A stretch of DNA of 64,000 nucleotides from Planctomycetota bacterium (GTDB taxonomy: Bacteria; Planctomycetota; UBA8108; SXIK01). Below are positions 39,287 to 49,292 of the stretch, piece by piece. A program made the translations under genes and the position numbers. Location: assembly GCA_965223845.1 (NCBI GenBank), contig CBDCXR010000004.1, positions 3,776,001 to 3,840,000 on the forward strand. Direction: 5' to 3'. A model generated the notes under the pieces. That model had not been told where the DNA came from, did not search any database, and worked only from the letters and a program-made list of their open reading frames with translations. The first letter of the stretch is position 1; each line of letters begins with the position of its first letter.

Positions 39287-40414
39287 TCAGTAGGTCCAGG
39301 CGTCGCGTCCCGGCGAAAACACCCTTCGCTCACCGGGGAGAGCGGCCGGCCGGAGCTCGAAAGCCGGAACGATCCCGCGAGGCCAGCCGCGGGTCTCGGC
39401 GCCTTCGTCGACGAAGACGTGATAGAGACGGGCGCCCGAGACGCGCAGCGGCTCATCGCGCTCGCGCTCGCGGCCGCGAATCGCGCGAAGCGGGATGAAC
39501 CATCGCCCTCCCCGCGCCGTCACGCCCTCGACCGGCACGAGGATGTATCGCGTATCGCCGCGCGAACGAACCGCGTCGGGATCGAGCTCGACTTCGACGA
39601 GCCACTCCGGCTCGAGCGAGGCCGTGGTAGCGCGGGAACGCTCGAGATCCAAATCGAGAGTCTCGGCGCGTCCGTCCAGCGACTCGCCCAACCGGTGGCG
39701 AATCCCGACAAGGCGCGGATGGGGCCGCTCGCGGGAAGCCGGCTCGAGGTGCCACTGAAGCTCCGTCGAGATCTCCCGCTCGCCGTTCCATCGCGTCGAA
39801 TGAGCCGTCGACGATCGATAGGCATCGGCGGCCTGAGGACGACTCCGATCCTGCGGCGCGGGGGACTCGGCGAGGCGCGTGGCGTTCCCGTCTACCCAAA
39901 GAGCGCCCGCGAAAACTCCGGCCACGCCGGCGATCAAGACCGCGGCCGCGACTGCTTCGCGGTGCCGAACTCGGCGCGCGGGCATGCGCTGCACAGTAGC
40001 CGTCGCGCGATGGCTCGGATCGTCGGCGGTCTCGCCTTCGCGTCGCACGAGGCGCCGTTCGGTGCGCTCCGCCCTTTCGGCCAGTCCCACGACCGAGGTG
40101 CGCGGTGGACGACTTCGCTCGACCGTCCGTTCGCAGCGCCTACCGGGAAGCATCGAGAGAGCCTCGACGCGGGCGACGATCGCCCCGGCACGCTTTCGCC
40201 GCATCTCGGCAACGCGAGAACCGGTTCGCTCGATCTCTGGCGCCGCCGACTCAAAGAGCGAACGCACATCCTCGTCGAACTCGTCCACCCACCTCGAGCA
40301 GTCGGCGCAGCGTCGGAGGTGCCGCCGCACGAGTTGAAGCGCGAAAGGATCAGCCAGCTCGCCTTCGCAGTAGAGCCAGAGGTCGTCGCGCAGTTGGCTA
40401 CAGACGTCCTTCAT
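39287..40414 (-). CDS. Zinc-binding (zf-HC2) membrane anti-sigma factor
   Basis: HLRRCADC (HxxxCxxC); one TM segment AVAAAVLIAGVAGVFAGALW; overlaps the end of the ECF sigma gene. Confidence 0.8.
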   Translation of the reverse strand: MKDVCSQLRDDLWLYCEGELADPFALQLVRRHLRRCADCSRWVDEFDEDVRSLFESAAPEIERTGSRVAEMRRKRAGAIVARVEALSMLPGRRCERTVERSRPPRTSVVGLAERAERTERRLVRREGETADDPSHRATATVQRMPARRVRHREAVAAAVLIAGVAGVFAGALWVDGNATRLAESPAPQDRSRPQAADAYRSSTAHSTRWNGEREISTELQWHLEPASRERPHPRLVGIRHRLGESLDGRAETLDLDLERSRATTASLEPEWLVEVELDPDAVRSRGDTRYILVPVEGVTARGGRWFIPLRAIRGRERERDEPLRVSGARLYHVFVDEGAETRGWPRGIVPAFELRPAALPGERRVFSPGRDAWTY

Positions 40415-41021
40415 GGCTCAACCTCACTCGCGCGCGCCGCTCGAGCCGGGCGCGCGCCGTTCGAATCAAGTGGTCGACCTTGGAAAAGCTCACGTTCAAG
40501 CGCGTCGCCAGCTCGCGGTACGACAGCCCGTCGAAGTAGCGCAGGATCAGGATGTCGCGCTCCGCCGCCGGCAACTCGTCGAGGAGTCCGTTCAGATCTG
40601 CGCATTCGTTCTTCGGCTGCGACCATCCCTGCTGGAGCTCCTCGGCTCGCGCGGCCAGCGCCTTTCGCTCGGACCGATAACGCCGCCGGCGATCGCGACA
40701 GAGCGATCGCGCGATCTGGTAGAGCCACGGCGCGAATCGCCGCGCATCGTCCAGCTGCGCAAGGTGCGTGTACGCACGGATGAACGTCTCCTGCGCGATC
40801 TCTTCGGCGTCGGATCGATTCGACCCGAGCAGTCTGAAACAGAGCCCGAACACGGACGGCTCGTAGTGTTCAACCAACTCGCGAAACGCATCGCGGTCGC
40901 CGTCGAGCACACGCCGGACCGTCTCCCCTGCGTCGGAGATCGTCCCGGGCGGCTCAACCCGTTCGGGGTCGGGCCGGTCGGGATCGGTGCTGGCGTCTGG
41001 CCCGCGCTGCGGGTCGCGCAT
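40398..41021 (-). CDS. ECF sigma-70 factor
   Basis: Region 2 GDRDAFRELV...DAEEIAQETF...FAPWLYQIA; region 4 LRYFDGLSYRELA. The start is uncertain. Confidence 0.9.
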   Translation of the reverse strand: MRDPQRGPDASTDPDRPDPERVEPPGTISDAGETVRRVLDGDRDAFRELVEHYEPSVFGLCFRLLGSNRSDAEEIAQETFIRAYTHLAQLDDARRFAPWLYQIARSLCRDRRRRYRSERKALAARAEELQQGWSQPKNECADLNGLLDELPAAERDILILRYFDGLSYRELATRLNVSFSKVDHLIRTARARLERRARVRLSHEGRL

Positions 41022-41056
41022 CAAGCTGGATGAAGCTCGCACGTCGAAATCGCCCG

Positions 41057-41072
41057 AAAAAGGATCCTTTTT
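41057..41072. promoter_or_regulatory. Perfect AT-rich palindrome upstream of the ECF gene
   Basis: AAAAAGGATCCTTTTT. Confidence 0.5.
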
Positions 41073-41358
41073 TTCGTCCCGGGGAACGCGGACGGGTGCG
41101 CTGAGAGTCCCGAGGAGATCGCGAATCGAGGATTCTAACGTGGATGCCGGGCGGGCTTCCACTCCGTCCGGGGCGCGCCGGGACGCTGCGTCCACACCTT
41201 CTCTGGTTCCCTCCCGAGGTCGGGTTTCGGAGCTCGTCTCGCCGTCCTTCCCCCACCTGCGGCTCTCTCCTGGCCCCCTCTCACCTCGCTCCTCTGCCGT
41301 GCTCTGCGCTCCCGCGTGAATCGCCTTCTCGAGCGAGCGAGAGCAACCGAGTCCGACG

Positions 41359-42372
41359 CTAGATCCCGAAGTCGTACTGATCGATGTTCTCGCGCGTGAA
41401 CCGGATCGGCTCCGAAAGGATGACCACGCGATCGTCGCGCGGACTGAAGACTAGCTCGCCGTGACCGGGAACGCTTACGCCGGGCGCCACCGGCTCGCCG
41501 CCGACGAGCCGCGCCGCGAGCCGGACCGTGAGCGAGCCGAGAGCGCGCGGGTCCCAGAGGTAAAAGCTCTCGAGGACGCCCTCCTTCACGTAGGAGCGCA
41601 TCTTGTTCGGCGTCGAATTGCCCACGAGAGCTACCGCCCCAGCGCGCCCCGTACGCTTCAAGGCCTCCGCCGCACCCGGCACGGAGTTCGAGTCGAACGC
41701 GATGATCCCGCGGAGATCGGGAACGGCGTTGAGAAGGGTCGCCACCTTCTGTCGTGCTTCGTTCTCGTTCTCGTTCGTGACGACGGTCTCCGCGAGAACG
41801 AGCTCGGGGTAACGCTCCGCAGCCCGCGCCTCCGCGATGCGACGCCACGTGTTCAGGTTCGCTGCGTCGAGGCTGCCGATGACGACGGCCCACTTACCCT
41901 TCTCGCCCATCTGGCGCGCCAGATCGTCGATGAGGCGCTCGCCGAGAACTTGGTCGTCGATCTGATTCACCATGATCTCGCGCGTGCTCTCGGCGGCGTC
42001 CGTGTCCCACGTGAGAACCTTGATCCCGGCGGCCTGAGCTTTCGAGATGAACTTCGCCATCGATTTCGGCTGATTCGGAGCGACGCAGATCGCATCGACC
42101 CGCTGACGGATCCAGGTGTCGACAAAGCGCGTTTGCTCCGCGGCGCTCGCCGTCGTCGGACCGTCGTAGATCAACTGAACTCCGAGCTCTTCCGCCGCCT
42201 TTCGCGCCCCTCGCTCGCAGGCGTCGAAATAATCGATGTTGATGAGCTTCGGCATCATGGCGATCACGACCCGATCGCTCGACGCCCCCGAATCGCAGGC
42301 CGAAAGCACCACGCCCAAGATAGCGACGAGCACCGACCTCACACCCGCCTCCGCCCGCGTCGATCTGCGCAT
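41359..42372 (-). CDS. Sugar ABC transporter substrate-binding lipoprotein (RhaS/LsrB-like)
   Basis: AAAGGAG SD; lipobox LSAC; motifs MPKL...YF, YDGPT, TWDTD and LWDP. Confidence 0.9.
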   Translation of the reverse strand: MRRSTRAEAGVRSVLVAILGVVLSACDSGASSDRVVIAMMPKLINIDYFDACERGARKAAEELGVQLIYDGPTTASAAEQTRFVDTWIRQRVDAICVAPNQPKSMAKFISKAQAAGIKVLTWDTDAAESTREIMVNQIDDQVLGERLIDDLARQMGEKGKWAVVIGSLDAANLNTWRRIAEARAAERYPELVLAETVVTNENENEARQKVATLLNAVPDLRGIIAFDSNSVPGAAEALKRTGRAGAVALVGNSTPNKMRSYVKEGVLESFYLWDPRALGSLTVRLAARLVGGEPVAPGVSVPGHGELVFSPRDDRVVILSEPIRFTRENIDQYDFGI

Positions 42373-42520
42373 TCCAAACTCCTTTCGATACTCCGCATCC
42401 AGAGGTTTGGTTCCCGTACCTGTCCCCTGCTCCGATAGGCGAACGATTTCACACTCCTGGCCCTCACACCTCAAACTCTCTCTTCTGGTCTCCCGTCGGA
42501 AACGAAGCTTGCGCGGACTC

Positions 42521-43477
42521 CTAGCGTTCGCGGTGAAGCCACACTCCGCTGATCAGAAGCAGGCCGAGAAGCACAGGATCGAGGTGACTGATCTTGAACG
42601 GAAGGTTCGCGTCGCCCCAGAGCGCCGCACTGCGAAGGCCCTCCTCGAGTGCCGCGATCACCAAAACTCCGAGAATCGAACCGCGGAGGGAGCCGAAGCC
42701 GCCGTCGACCCTCGTGCCTCCGAGGACGACGGCGACGATGACGCGGAGCTCGAGCCCCCCGAGCGCACTCGCACTCACCGAGCTGTTTCTCGCCGTGAAC
42801 GCAATCGCGGCAAAGAAGGCGAGACCACCCATGAGGGCGTAGGTTTCGACGAGCCTTCGCTCGACGCGAATCCCGGCGTAGCGCGCGGCGACACGGTTCC
42901 CTCCGATGACGAGGAGCTCTCGCTGCCATCGCGCCGCGCGGAGCCAAGCCCCGCCGCCGAGAAAGAGGACGAGCGTGAACACGCCGACGAATCCGAGCTC
43001 ACCGAGTGCCCCGTATCCCGGGACCGAGACGAACGGAGCCCGCTCGGCGTCACCGAGAAGCACGAAGCACAGTCCACGGAAGAGAATCATCGTTCCGAGG
43101 GTCGCGATCAGCGGCGGCATGTGGAGCCGGGCGACGAGCACTCCGTTCGCCAGGCCCGCGGTGAACCCGACGGCAAGCCCGAGCGGAAGCGCGGTCATCC
43201 AGAACCCCATCCCACCGTCGATGCAGGCCATCGCTGCGGCGACGAGCGCCACCATCGAACCGACGGAGAGGTCGATGCCACCGGTCTCGAGGACGAGCGT
43301 CATTCCGAACGCGAGGAAGAGGAGCGGCGCCGATTGGACGATGAGATCCGACGAGTACGAAGCGAGGTAGCTCGCGACATCGCCGACGGATGCGAAACGA
43401 GCGCCGCTGATGGCCGTAAAGAGCACAACCTCGAGAACGAGCACTCCGGCGAGAATCCAGTGGCGCTTCGCGCTCAT
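42521..43477 (-). CDS. Sugar ABC transporter permease (BPD_transp_2)
   Basis: Motifs GGIDLSVG, IATLGTM, IGGN..AARYAG and ELRVIVAVVLGG. Confidence 0.9.
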   Translation of the reverse strand: MSAKRHWILAGVLVLEVVLFTAISGARFASVGDVASYLASYSSDLIVQSAPLLFLAFGMTLVLETGGIDLSVGSMVALVAAAMACIDGGMGFWMTALPLGLAVGFTAGLANGVLVARLHMPPLIATLGTMILFRGLCFVLLGDAERAPFVSVPGYGALGELGFVGVFTLVLFLGGGAWLRAARWQRELLVIGGNRVAARYAGIRVERRLVETYALMGGLAFFAAIAFTARNSSVSASALGGLELRVIVAVVLGGTRVDGGFGSLRGSILGVLVIAALEEGLRSAALWGDANLPFKISHLDPVLLGLLLISGVWLHRER

Positions 43478-44457
43478 CGCAGCTCCTCTTCGAGCTTCGC
43501 GCGGCGGCCGATCAAGCAATCCGCCCCGATGACGAGCACGATCGCACCGCCGATGACGACCTCCCGCGCGTAGGGATTTACGCCGGAGTAGATCAGCGCC
43601 TGCTGCGCGAAATAGAGGAAGAACGCGCCCAGAATCGTCCCGAGATAGCTGCCCTCTCCGCCGAAGATATTCGTTCCGCCGAGAACCACCGCGCCGACGA
43701 CCGTCAATTCGAAGCCGCGCATCATGCGAGCCGGCTCGATCGCCTGGATCTGAGTGACGGCGACGAGCGCCGCGGCACCGAGGAACACGCCACCGACCGC
43801 GAACGCACTCAGAAGTATGCGGCCGGAATCGAGGCCTTGGAGTCGGCACGCCGCGGGCGAGTTGCCGCGCGCGAGCCAGCGGCGCGGAGTCTCCGCACTC
43901 GCCTCCCACACGATCGCCACCACCACCGCGACGAGCGCGATCGAGCCGGCGTAAAACTTTCCCGGGAGATGGAACGCGTCGTCGGGAACGGACACGTTGC
44001 CGCTGAACCCGTCGATCGTGAGGTCGGCGACGATGAGAGCGAGGCCACGGTAGAGCGGGAGCGCGCCGAGGGTCACGATGATCGCGGGAATCCCCAGCGC
44101 GCGGACGAGCGCACCGTTGACGAACGAAAGTCCGCCGGCGGTGAGGAAGAGAACGGCGTAGCACGTCGCGGGCGACGCTCCGAGGTGGACGCAGACGCCG
44201 AAGAGCGTTCCGGCGAACGCGATCACGCTTCCGACCGAGAGATCGATCGCACCGGAGCAGACGATCCCGGTCATCCCGAGTGACGCGAGCAGGACCGGCG
44301 CGCAATCCGGTCCGGCTTGCGCAAGGACGGCTCGAAACGAAGCCCCCTCTCGAAGCTGCGCCGCGATCCAGACGAGGAGGAGCGCGTTTCCGCCGAGGAG
44401 AACCCACACCCGCAAGCGAAGCGGTGCGGAGAGTCGAGACCACAACTCTTTCGTCAT
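43474..44457 (-). CDS. Sugar ABC transporter permease (BPD_transp_2)
   Basis: Motifs GAIDLSVG, IIVTLG and FELTVVGAVVLGGTNIFGGEG. Confidence 0.9.
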   Translation of the reverse strand: MTKELWSRLSAPLRLRVWVLLGGNALLLVWIAAQLREGASFRAVLAQAGPDCAPVLLASLGMTGIVCSGAIDLSVGSVIAFAGTLFGVCVHLGASPATCYAVLFLTAGGLSFVNGALVRALGIPAIIVTLGALPLYRGLALIVADLTIDGFSGNVSVPDDAFHLPGKFYAGSIALVAVVVAIVWEASAETPRRWLARGNSPAACRLQGLDSGRILLSAFAVGGVFLGAAALVAVTQIQAIEPARMMRGFELTVVGAVVLGGTNIFGGEGSYLGTILGAFFLYFAQQALIYSGVNPYAREVVIGGAIVLVIGADCLIGRRAKLEEELR

Positions 44458-45974
44458 CGCTCGTCGTCCTCGTCGCCGGCCCCGATCGCAGCCAGCAGCG
44501 CGTCCGCCGGAGTCCGCCGCGCTCCCGTGAGCTCGTCGACGATGCGTCCCTCCCGCACGACGAGGACTCGATCGCCGAGAGCGACGACCTCCGGCAAGTC
44601 GCTCGACACGACGAGCACCGCGACCCCGCGCGCCGCGAGGTCGCGCACCATCGCGTGGATCTCCGCCTTCGCTCCGACGTCGACGCCTCGCGTCGGCTCG
44701 TCGAGGATGAGGACGCTCGGCTCGCGCTCGAGCGCGCGCGCGAGTACTGCCTTCTGCTGGTTTCCCCCGCTGAGCGTGGCGATCGGCTGAGTCACGTCCG
44801 CCGTGACGATGCGGTAGTCGCGGACGAGTCGACTCACCGTTTCCGCGACGCGACGCGGCGGCGCAACCCCCCAGCGCGTGATGAGATCGCTAAACCCCAC
44901 GCTCAGGTTGTCCGCGAGCGAATGATCGAGGACGAGCGCCTGACCCGCCCGCTCCTCGGGTACGAGCACCACCCCGCGAGCGAGGGCATCGTAGGCGCTC
45001 TTCGGCGACCAGGCTTTGCCGTGAAGACTCAGTGCTCCGGCACGGAGAGGCACGAGACCGAAGAGAGCGCGCGCGATCTCCGATCGACCGGCGCCGACGA
45101 GACCCGCGAGCGCGACGATCTCACCGCGGTGAAGTGAGAACGAAATGTCCTCGAACTCTCCGGAGCGAGAGATCCCGCTTACCTCGAGGACGGGCGGCCC
45201 CGGCTCCGATCGCGGACGAGGGGTTTTCTCCGCGAGCGTACGTCCGACCATCGCCCGCACGATGGTCGAGGCATCCACTTCCCGTGCAACATGCACCGCG
45301 ACGAGCGCGCCGTCGCGAAGAACGGCGATGCGATCGGCGATCGCGAGAACTTCCTCGAGGCGGTGCGAGACGTAGAGAGCCGAACGACCGCTCGCGCGGA
45401 TGCGCCGGAGCTGGTCGAAAAGACGATCGACATCGGGGCCGCTCAGACTCGCGGTCGGCTCGTCGAGAACGAGCAAGCGGGCGTCTCGTGCGACTTCCCT
45501 CGCGATCGCTACCTCCTGCTTCTCCGCCGCGCTCAGCCGGCCGAACGCCGTTCGCGGCTCGACGGCGACGCCCGATCGCGTCAGGCGGGCGAGAGCGAGC
45601 GCGTGGAGAGCCTCCCAGTCGACGGCGCCCCACTTCCGCCGCGGCCACGGCTCGCCGAGGAGCAGATTCTCGCTGACGCTCAGCCGATCGAAGTACGTGA
45701 GCTCCTGGTGGATCGTCGCGATCCCGGCCGCGTGCGCGGCGCGGGGATCAGCGAAGTCGACGCGGGCGCCGGCGAGCGTGATCTCTCCGGCGTCGGGAGC
45801 GTGAACGCCGCTCAGGATCTTGATCAGCGTCGATTTTCCCGCGCCGTTCTCACCGACGAGCGCGAGGACTTCGGCGCGGTGGACATCGAGGTCGATCGGA
45901 TGCAGCGCCGGAACGCCGGAGTACGACTTCTCCACTCCTCGAAGCGAACACAGCGGGCCGTCGCTCAAAGACAT
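44454..45974 (-). CDS. Sugar ABC transporter ATP-binding protein (RbsA type, two NBDs)
   Basis: Motifs GENGAGKST, LDEPT, SHRL, LSGGNQQK and DEPTRGVDVGAK. Confidence 0.93.
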   Translation of the reverse strand: MSLSDGPLCSLRGVEKSYSGVPALHPIDLDVHRAEVLALVGENGAGKSTLIKILSGVHAPDAGEITLAGARVDFADPRAAHAAGIATIHQELTYFDRLSVSENLLLGEPWPRRKWGAVDWEALHALALARLTRSGVAVEPRTAFGRLSAAEKQEVAIAREVARDARLLVLDEPTASLSGPDVDRLFDQLRRIRASGRSALYVSHRLEEVLAIADRIAVLRDGALVAVHVAREVDASTIVRAMVGRTLAEKTPRPRSEPGPPVLEVSGISRSGEFEDISFSLHRGEIVALAGLVGAGRSEIARALFGLVPLRAGALSLHGKAWSPKSAYDALARGVVLVPEERAGQALVLDHSLADNLSVGFSDLITRWGVAPPRRVAETVSRLVRDYRIVTADVTQPIATLSGGNQQKAVLARALEREPSVLILDEPTRGVDVGAKAEIHAMVRDLAARGVAVLVVSSDLPEVVALGDRVLVVREGRIVDELTGARRTPADALLAAIGAGDEDDER

Positions 45975-46939
45975 CGCCAGAGCATGAACGCGCAGTAGCC
46001 GACGAGGAGCACGCCGCCCTCGGGACGACTGATCCGCCGCGGTCCGACGACCGAGAAGCAGAGGACGAGCACCGAGAAGAGAGACGCGGCCGCGAAGTCC
46101 CACACCCCACCGGCCGGAACCTGCACGGAGCCGATGGACGCCGTCACGCCGAGCACGAAGAGAAGATTGAAAATATTCGATCCGACGACGTTCCCGACCG
46201 CGATATCGGTCTCGCCGCGTCGGGCAGCGACGATGGTGGCGACGAGCTCCGGGAGGCTCGTACCGAAGGCGACGAGCGTGAGTCCGATGATCGCTTCGGG
46301 AACGTCGAGCGCCCGTGCGATGGAAGCGGCGGAATCGACGGTCAGCGTGGCGCCGCCGGCGAGACCAAAGGCTCCACCGACGACGAGGAAGAGATTCTTG
46401 ACGAGCGATCGCGGCTCGACCGACGCGGTGCTGCGCTCGACGTCGTCGCGAAACCCACCCGCTGCCCGCTGACTGAGTGCGTCCCGCGCGGCGTTGTAGA
46501 GGAAGATGCAGAAGAGGAGAAGAAGAAGGACGCCGTCGGTGCGATCGAACTCGGAGACCTGACCGCGGAGGATCGTGTCGAGCGCCATCACGAACGCCGC
46601 CGCCGTGGCGAGGAGCATCGTCGGGATTTCCCGCGGTACGACCGAACCGGTGACCATGAGCGGACGGACGAGCGCTCCGCACGCGAGCACGAGACCGACG
46701 TTCGCGATGTTGGAGCCGACGACATTCCCAAACGGAAGCTCGGCTCGCCCCTGGAGAATGGCGCTCACGTTGACGGCGAGTTCGGGCGCGCTGGTCCCGA
46801 AGGAAACGACGGTGAGGCCGACGACGAGTGGGGAGACTCCGAAGGATCGTGCGATTCCCGCCGCACCGCGAACGAGCCACTCTCCGCCGATGACCAGCAC
46901 GACCAGTCCGGTCACCAACCATAGGAAGTCGTAAACCAA
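45965..46939 (-). CDS. yrbG: Calcium/sodium antiporter (CaCA, YrbG-like)
   Basis: Two alpha repeats, GTSAPE...GNVVGSNIAN and GTSLPE...GNVVGSNIFN; TTG start with a GGGAG SD. Confidence 0.9.
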   Translation of the reverse strand: MVYDFLWLVTGLVVLVIGGEWLVRGAAGIARSFGVSPLVVGLTVVSFGTSAPELAVNVSAILQGRAELPFGNVVGSNIANVGLVLACGALVRPLMVTGSVVPREIPTMLLATAAAFVMALDTILRGQVSEFDRTDGVLLLLLFCIFLYNAARDALSQRAAGGFRDDVERSTASVEPRSLVKNLFLVVGGAFGLAGGATLTVDSAASIARALDVPEAIIGLTLVAFGTSLPELVATIVAARRGETDIAVGNVVGSNIFNLLFVLGVTASIGSVQVPAGGVWDFAAASLFSVLVLCFSVVGPRRISRPEGGVLLVGYCAFMLWRCL

Positions 46940-47159
46940 CGATGAACTCCCGCCTTCGGTCGAGCGCGACAAGTGACCGAGAGAGCCTACCGGAGGGGCG
47001 TTCGAGGATTCAAGCCCGGCGCACGAGTCAGGACGAGCGGGGCCGGTTTGCGTTTCGATGCGATTCGCGATGCGCGGCGCGTTCGTTGGCGGCGGACGAC
47101 GCATCCCGTATTCTGGTCGTTCCTCGTCAGACCCCATGCGATCCGAACTGGAGACCACG

Positions 47160-48395
47160 ATGAAGCCGCGCGTCGCCGTAGTGGCCTGCCTCGATACGAA
47201 AGGGCGCGAAACGGGCTTTCTCGCGGATCGACTGCGCGCCGAGGGCTGCGACGTTCACGTCGTCGACGTCGGGATTCAGGGAGAGCCGGCGTTCCCCGCG
47301 GAGACGACGCGGGAGCAAGTCGCGACCGCCGGTGGCACGACTCTGGGCGAGCTCCGCGCGCGCGGCGACCGCGGTCACGCGGTCGCGCACATGGCTCGCG
47401 GAGCAGCGGAAGTGGTCCGCGAGCTGTACGCGGACGGACGGATCGACGGCATCATCGGTGCGGGTGGGTCCGCCAACACGACGATCGCCACGCGCGCGAT
47501 GCAGACGCTTCCCGTCGGCGTTCCGAAACTCATGGTGTCGACTCTGGCCTCCGGCGACGTCTCGCCGTACGTCGACACGAAGGACATCACGATGATGTAC
47601 TCGGTTGTCGACATCGCCGGAATCAATCGCATCTCCCGGCGGATCCTCGACAACGCTGCACGCGCCATCGCGGCGATGACTCGCGCGGCGTCCGCGCCGG
47701 AGCCGGAGGAAACAGACCGTCCGCTCATCGCCGCGACGATGTTCGGCGTCACGACTCCGTGCGTCACCGCGGCGAAAGAGCACCTCGAAGCGCGCGGGTA
47801 TGAAGTCTTAGTGTTCCACGCGACCGGAAGCGGCGGACGGGCGATGGAAGGACTGATCGCCGACGGATTCATCCGCGGTGTACTCGACATCACGACCACC
47901 GAGCTCGCCGACGAGCTCGTCGGCGGAATCCTGAGCGCGGGTCCCGACCGCCTCACGGCGGCCGCGCGGCACGGCGTTCCGCAGATCGTCTCCATCGGAG
48001 CGGTCGACATGTGCAACTTCGGCCCGCGAGACAGCGTGCCGAACGAGTTTGCCGCGCGAACGTTTTACGAGCACAATCCGACGGTGACGCTGATGCGCAC
48101 CACCGCCGAGGAAAACGCGGAGATCGGACGACGCATCGCCGCGCGCGTCGGACGCTCGCGCGGTTCCTGCCGCGTCGTCGTGCCGCGACGAGGTGTTTCC
48201 GCAATCTCGACGGCGGGGCAGCCGTTTCACGATCCACACGCGGACGCGGCGTGCATCGACGCCTTGAGGCGCGAGCTCCCGGACGGCATCCCCTGCGTCG
48301 AGCTGGACGAGGACATCAATGCACCCGCATTCGCGCTCGCGTGCGCTGACGCACTCCTCGAGCTGCTCGACGAAACGCACGAACGACCCTCGTGA
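47160..48395 (+). CDS. Tm-1-like ATP-binding domain protein (UPF0261)
   Basis: Motifs LDTKG.E, PKLMVST, SVVDIAGIN, TMFGVTTPCV, FHATGSGG, DMCNFG and HNPTVTLMRT. Confidence 0.92.
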   Translation: MKPRVAVVACLDTKGRETGFLADRLRAEGCDVHVVDVGIQGEPAFPAETTREQVATAGGTTLGELRARGDRGHAVAHMARGAAEVVRELYADGRIDGIIGAGGSANTTIATRAMQTLPVGVPKLMVSTLASGDVSPYVDTKDITMMYSVVDIAGINRISRRILDNAARAIAAMTRAASAPEPEETDRPLIAATMFGVTTPCVTAAKEHLEARGYEVLVFHATGSGGRAMEGLIADGFIRGVLDITTTELADELVGGILSAGPDRLTAAARHGVPQIVSIGAVDMCNFGPRDSVPNEFAARTFYEHNPTVTLMRTTAEENAEIGRRIAARVGRSRGSCRVVVPRRGVSAISTAGQPFHDPHADAACIDALRRELPDGIPCVELDEDINAPAFALACADALLELLDETHERPS

Positions 48396-48447
48396 CGTCG
48401 AGCGAGCCATCGCATTCGAGTATCGGCAACCCATCTGAGGAAATCCC

Positions 48448-49278
48448 ATGGCGATTCCGCGTTCCGAAATCCTCCGGCGACTCCGCGATCAGATCGACCG
48501 TCGGCGACCGATCATCGGCGCCGGAGCGGGGACGGGAATCACCGCGAAGTTCGCCGAGAAGGGCGGCGTCGATCTCATCATCATCTACAATTCGGGGCGA
48601 TACCGGATGGCCGGGCGCGGCTCGCTCGCCGGCCTTCTTCCCTACGGCGACGCGAACGCGATCGTCGTCGACATGGCGCGCGAGGTCCTTCCCGTCGTCG
48701 ACGACGTTCCCGTGCTCGCCGGCGTCTGCGGGACGGATCCCTTTCGTGTCATGGACGTCTTTCTGCCGGAGCTCCAGCGCATCGGATTCTCCGGCGTGCA
48801 GAACTTTCCCACGGTCGGACTCTACGACGGCAATCTACGCACGAATCTCGAAGAGACGGGGATGGGATACCGACTCGAGGTCGAGCTCGTCCGGAAGGCG
48901 CGCGCCCTCGATCTCTTCACCGCTCCGTACGTATTCTCTCCCGAAGATGCGGTCGCGATGGCCGACGCCGGCGCGGACGTCCTCGTCCCTCACATGGGCC
49001 TCACGACGAAAGGGGCGATCGGAGCGCAGAGCGCTCGCTCTCTCGAGGAGTGTCCGGCCGTCATTCAAGAGATGGCAGACGCCGCCAAAGCAGTACGAGA
49101 CGACGTCATCATCCTCTGCCACGGGGGACCGATCAGCGAGCCGGCCGACGCGGAGTTCATACTCAAAAGGACGCGAGGCGTGGACGGGTTCTTCGGCGCC
49201 TCGTCGATCGAGCGGCTCGCGACGGAGCCCGCGATCACACGGCAGACGGAAGCGTTCAAGTCGATCGCGATCGATTGA
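48448..49278 (+). CDS. TIM-barrel protein, phosphoenolpyruvate hydrolase-like ('TIM-barrel signal transduction') family
   Basis: Motifs [44 protein letters not shown] and [10 protein letters not shown]. Confidence 0.93.
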   Translation: MAIPRSEILRRLRDQIDRRRPIIGAGAGTGITAKFAEKGGVDLIIIYNSGRYRMAGRGSLAGLLPYGDANAIVVDMAREVLPVVDDVPVLAGVCGTDPFRVMDVFLPELQRIGFSGVQNFPTVGLYDGNLRTNLEETGMGYRLEVELVRKARALDLFTAPYVFSPEDAVAMADAGADVLVPHMGLTTKGAIGAQSARSLEECPAVIQEMADAAKAVRDDVIILCHGGPISEPADAEFILKRTRGVDGFFGASSIERLATEPAITRQTEAFKSIAID

Positions 49279-49292
49279 TCCACGAGCAGCGC

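Noticed and set aside
42447-42480. TCACAC/TCAAAC heptamer-like repeats before the sugar-binding protein gene
   Set aside because: Only three imperfect units, out of phase; too weak to call.
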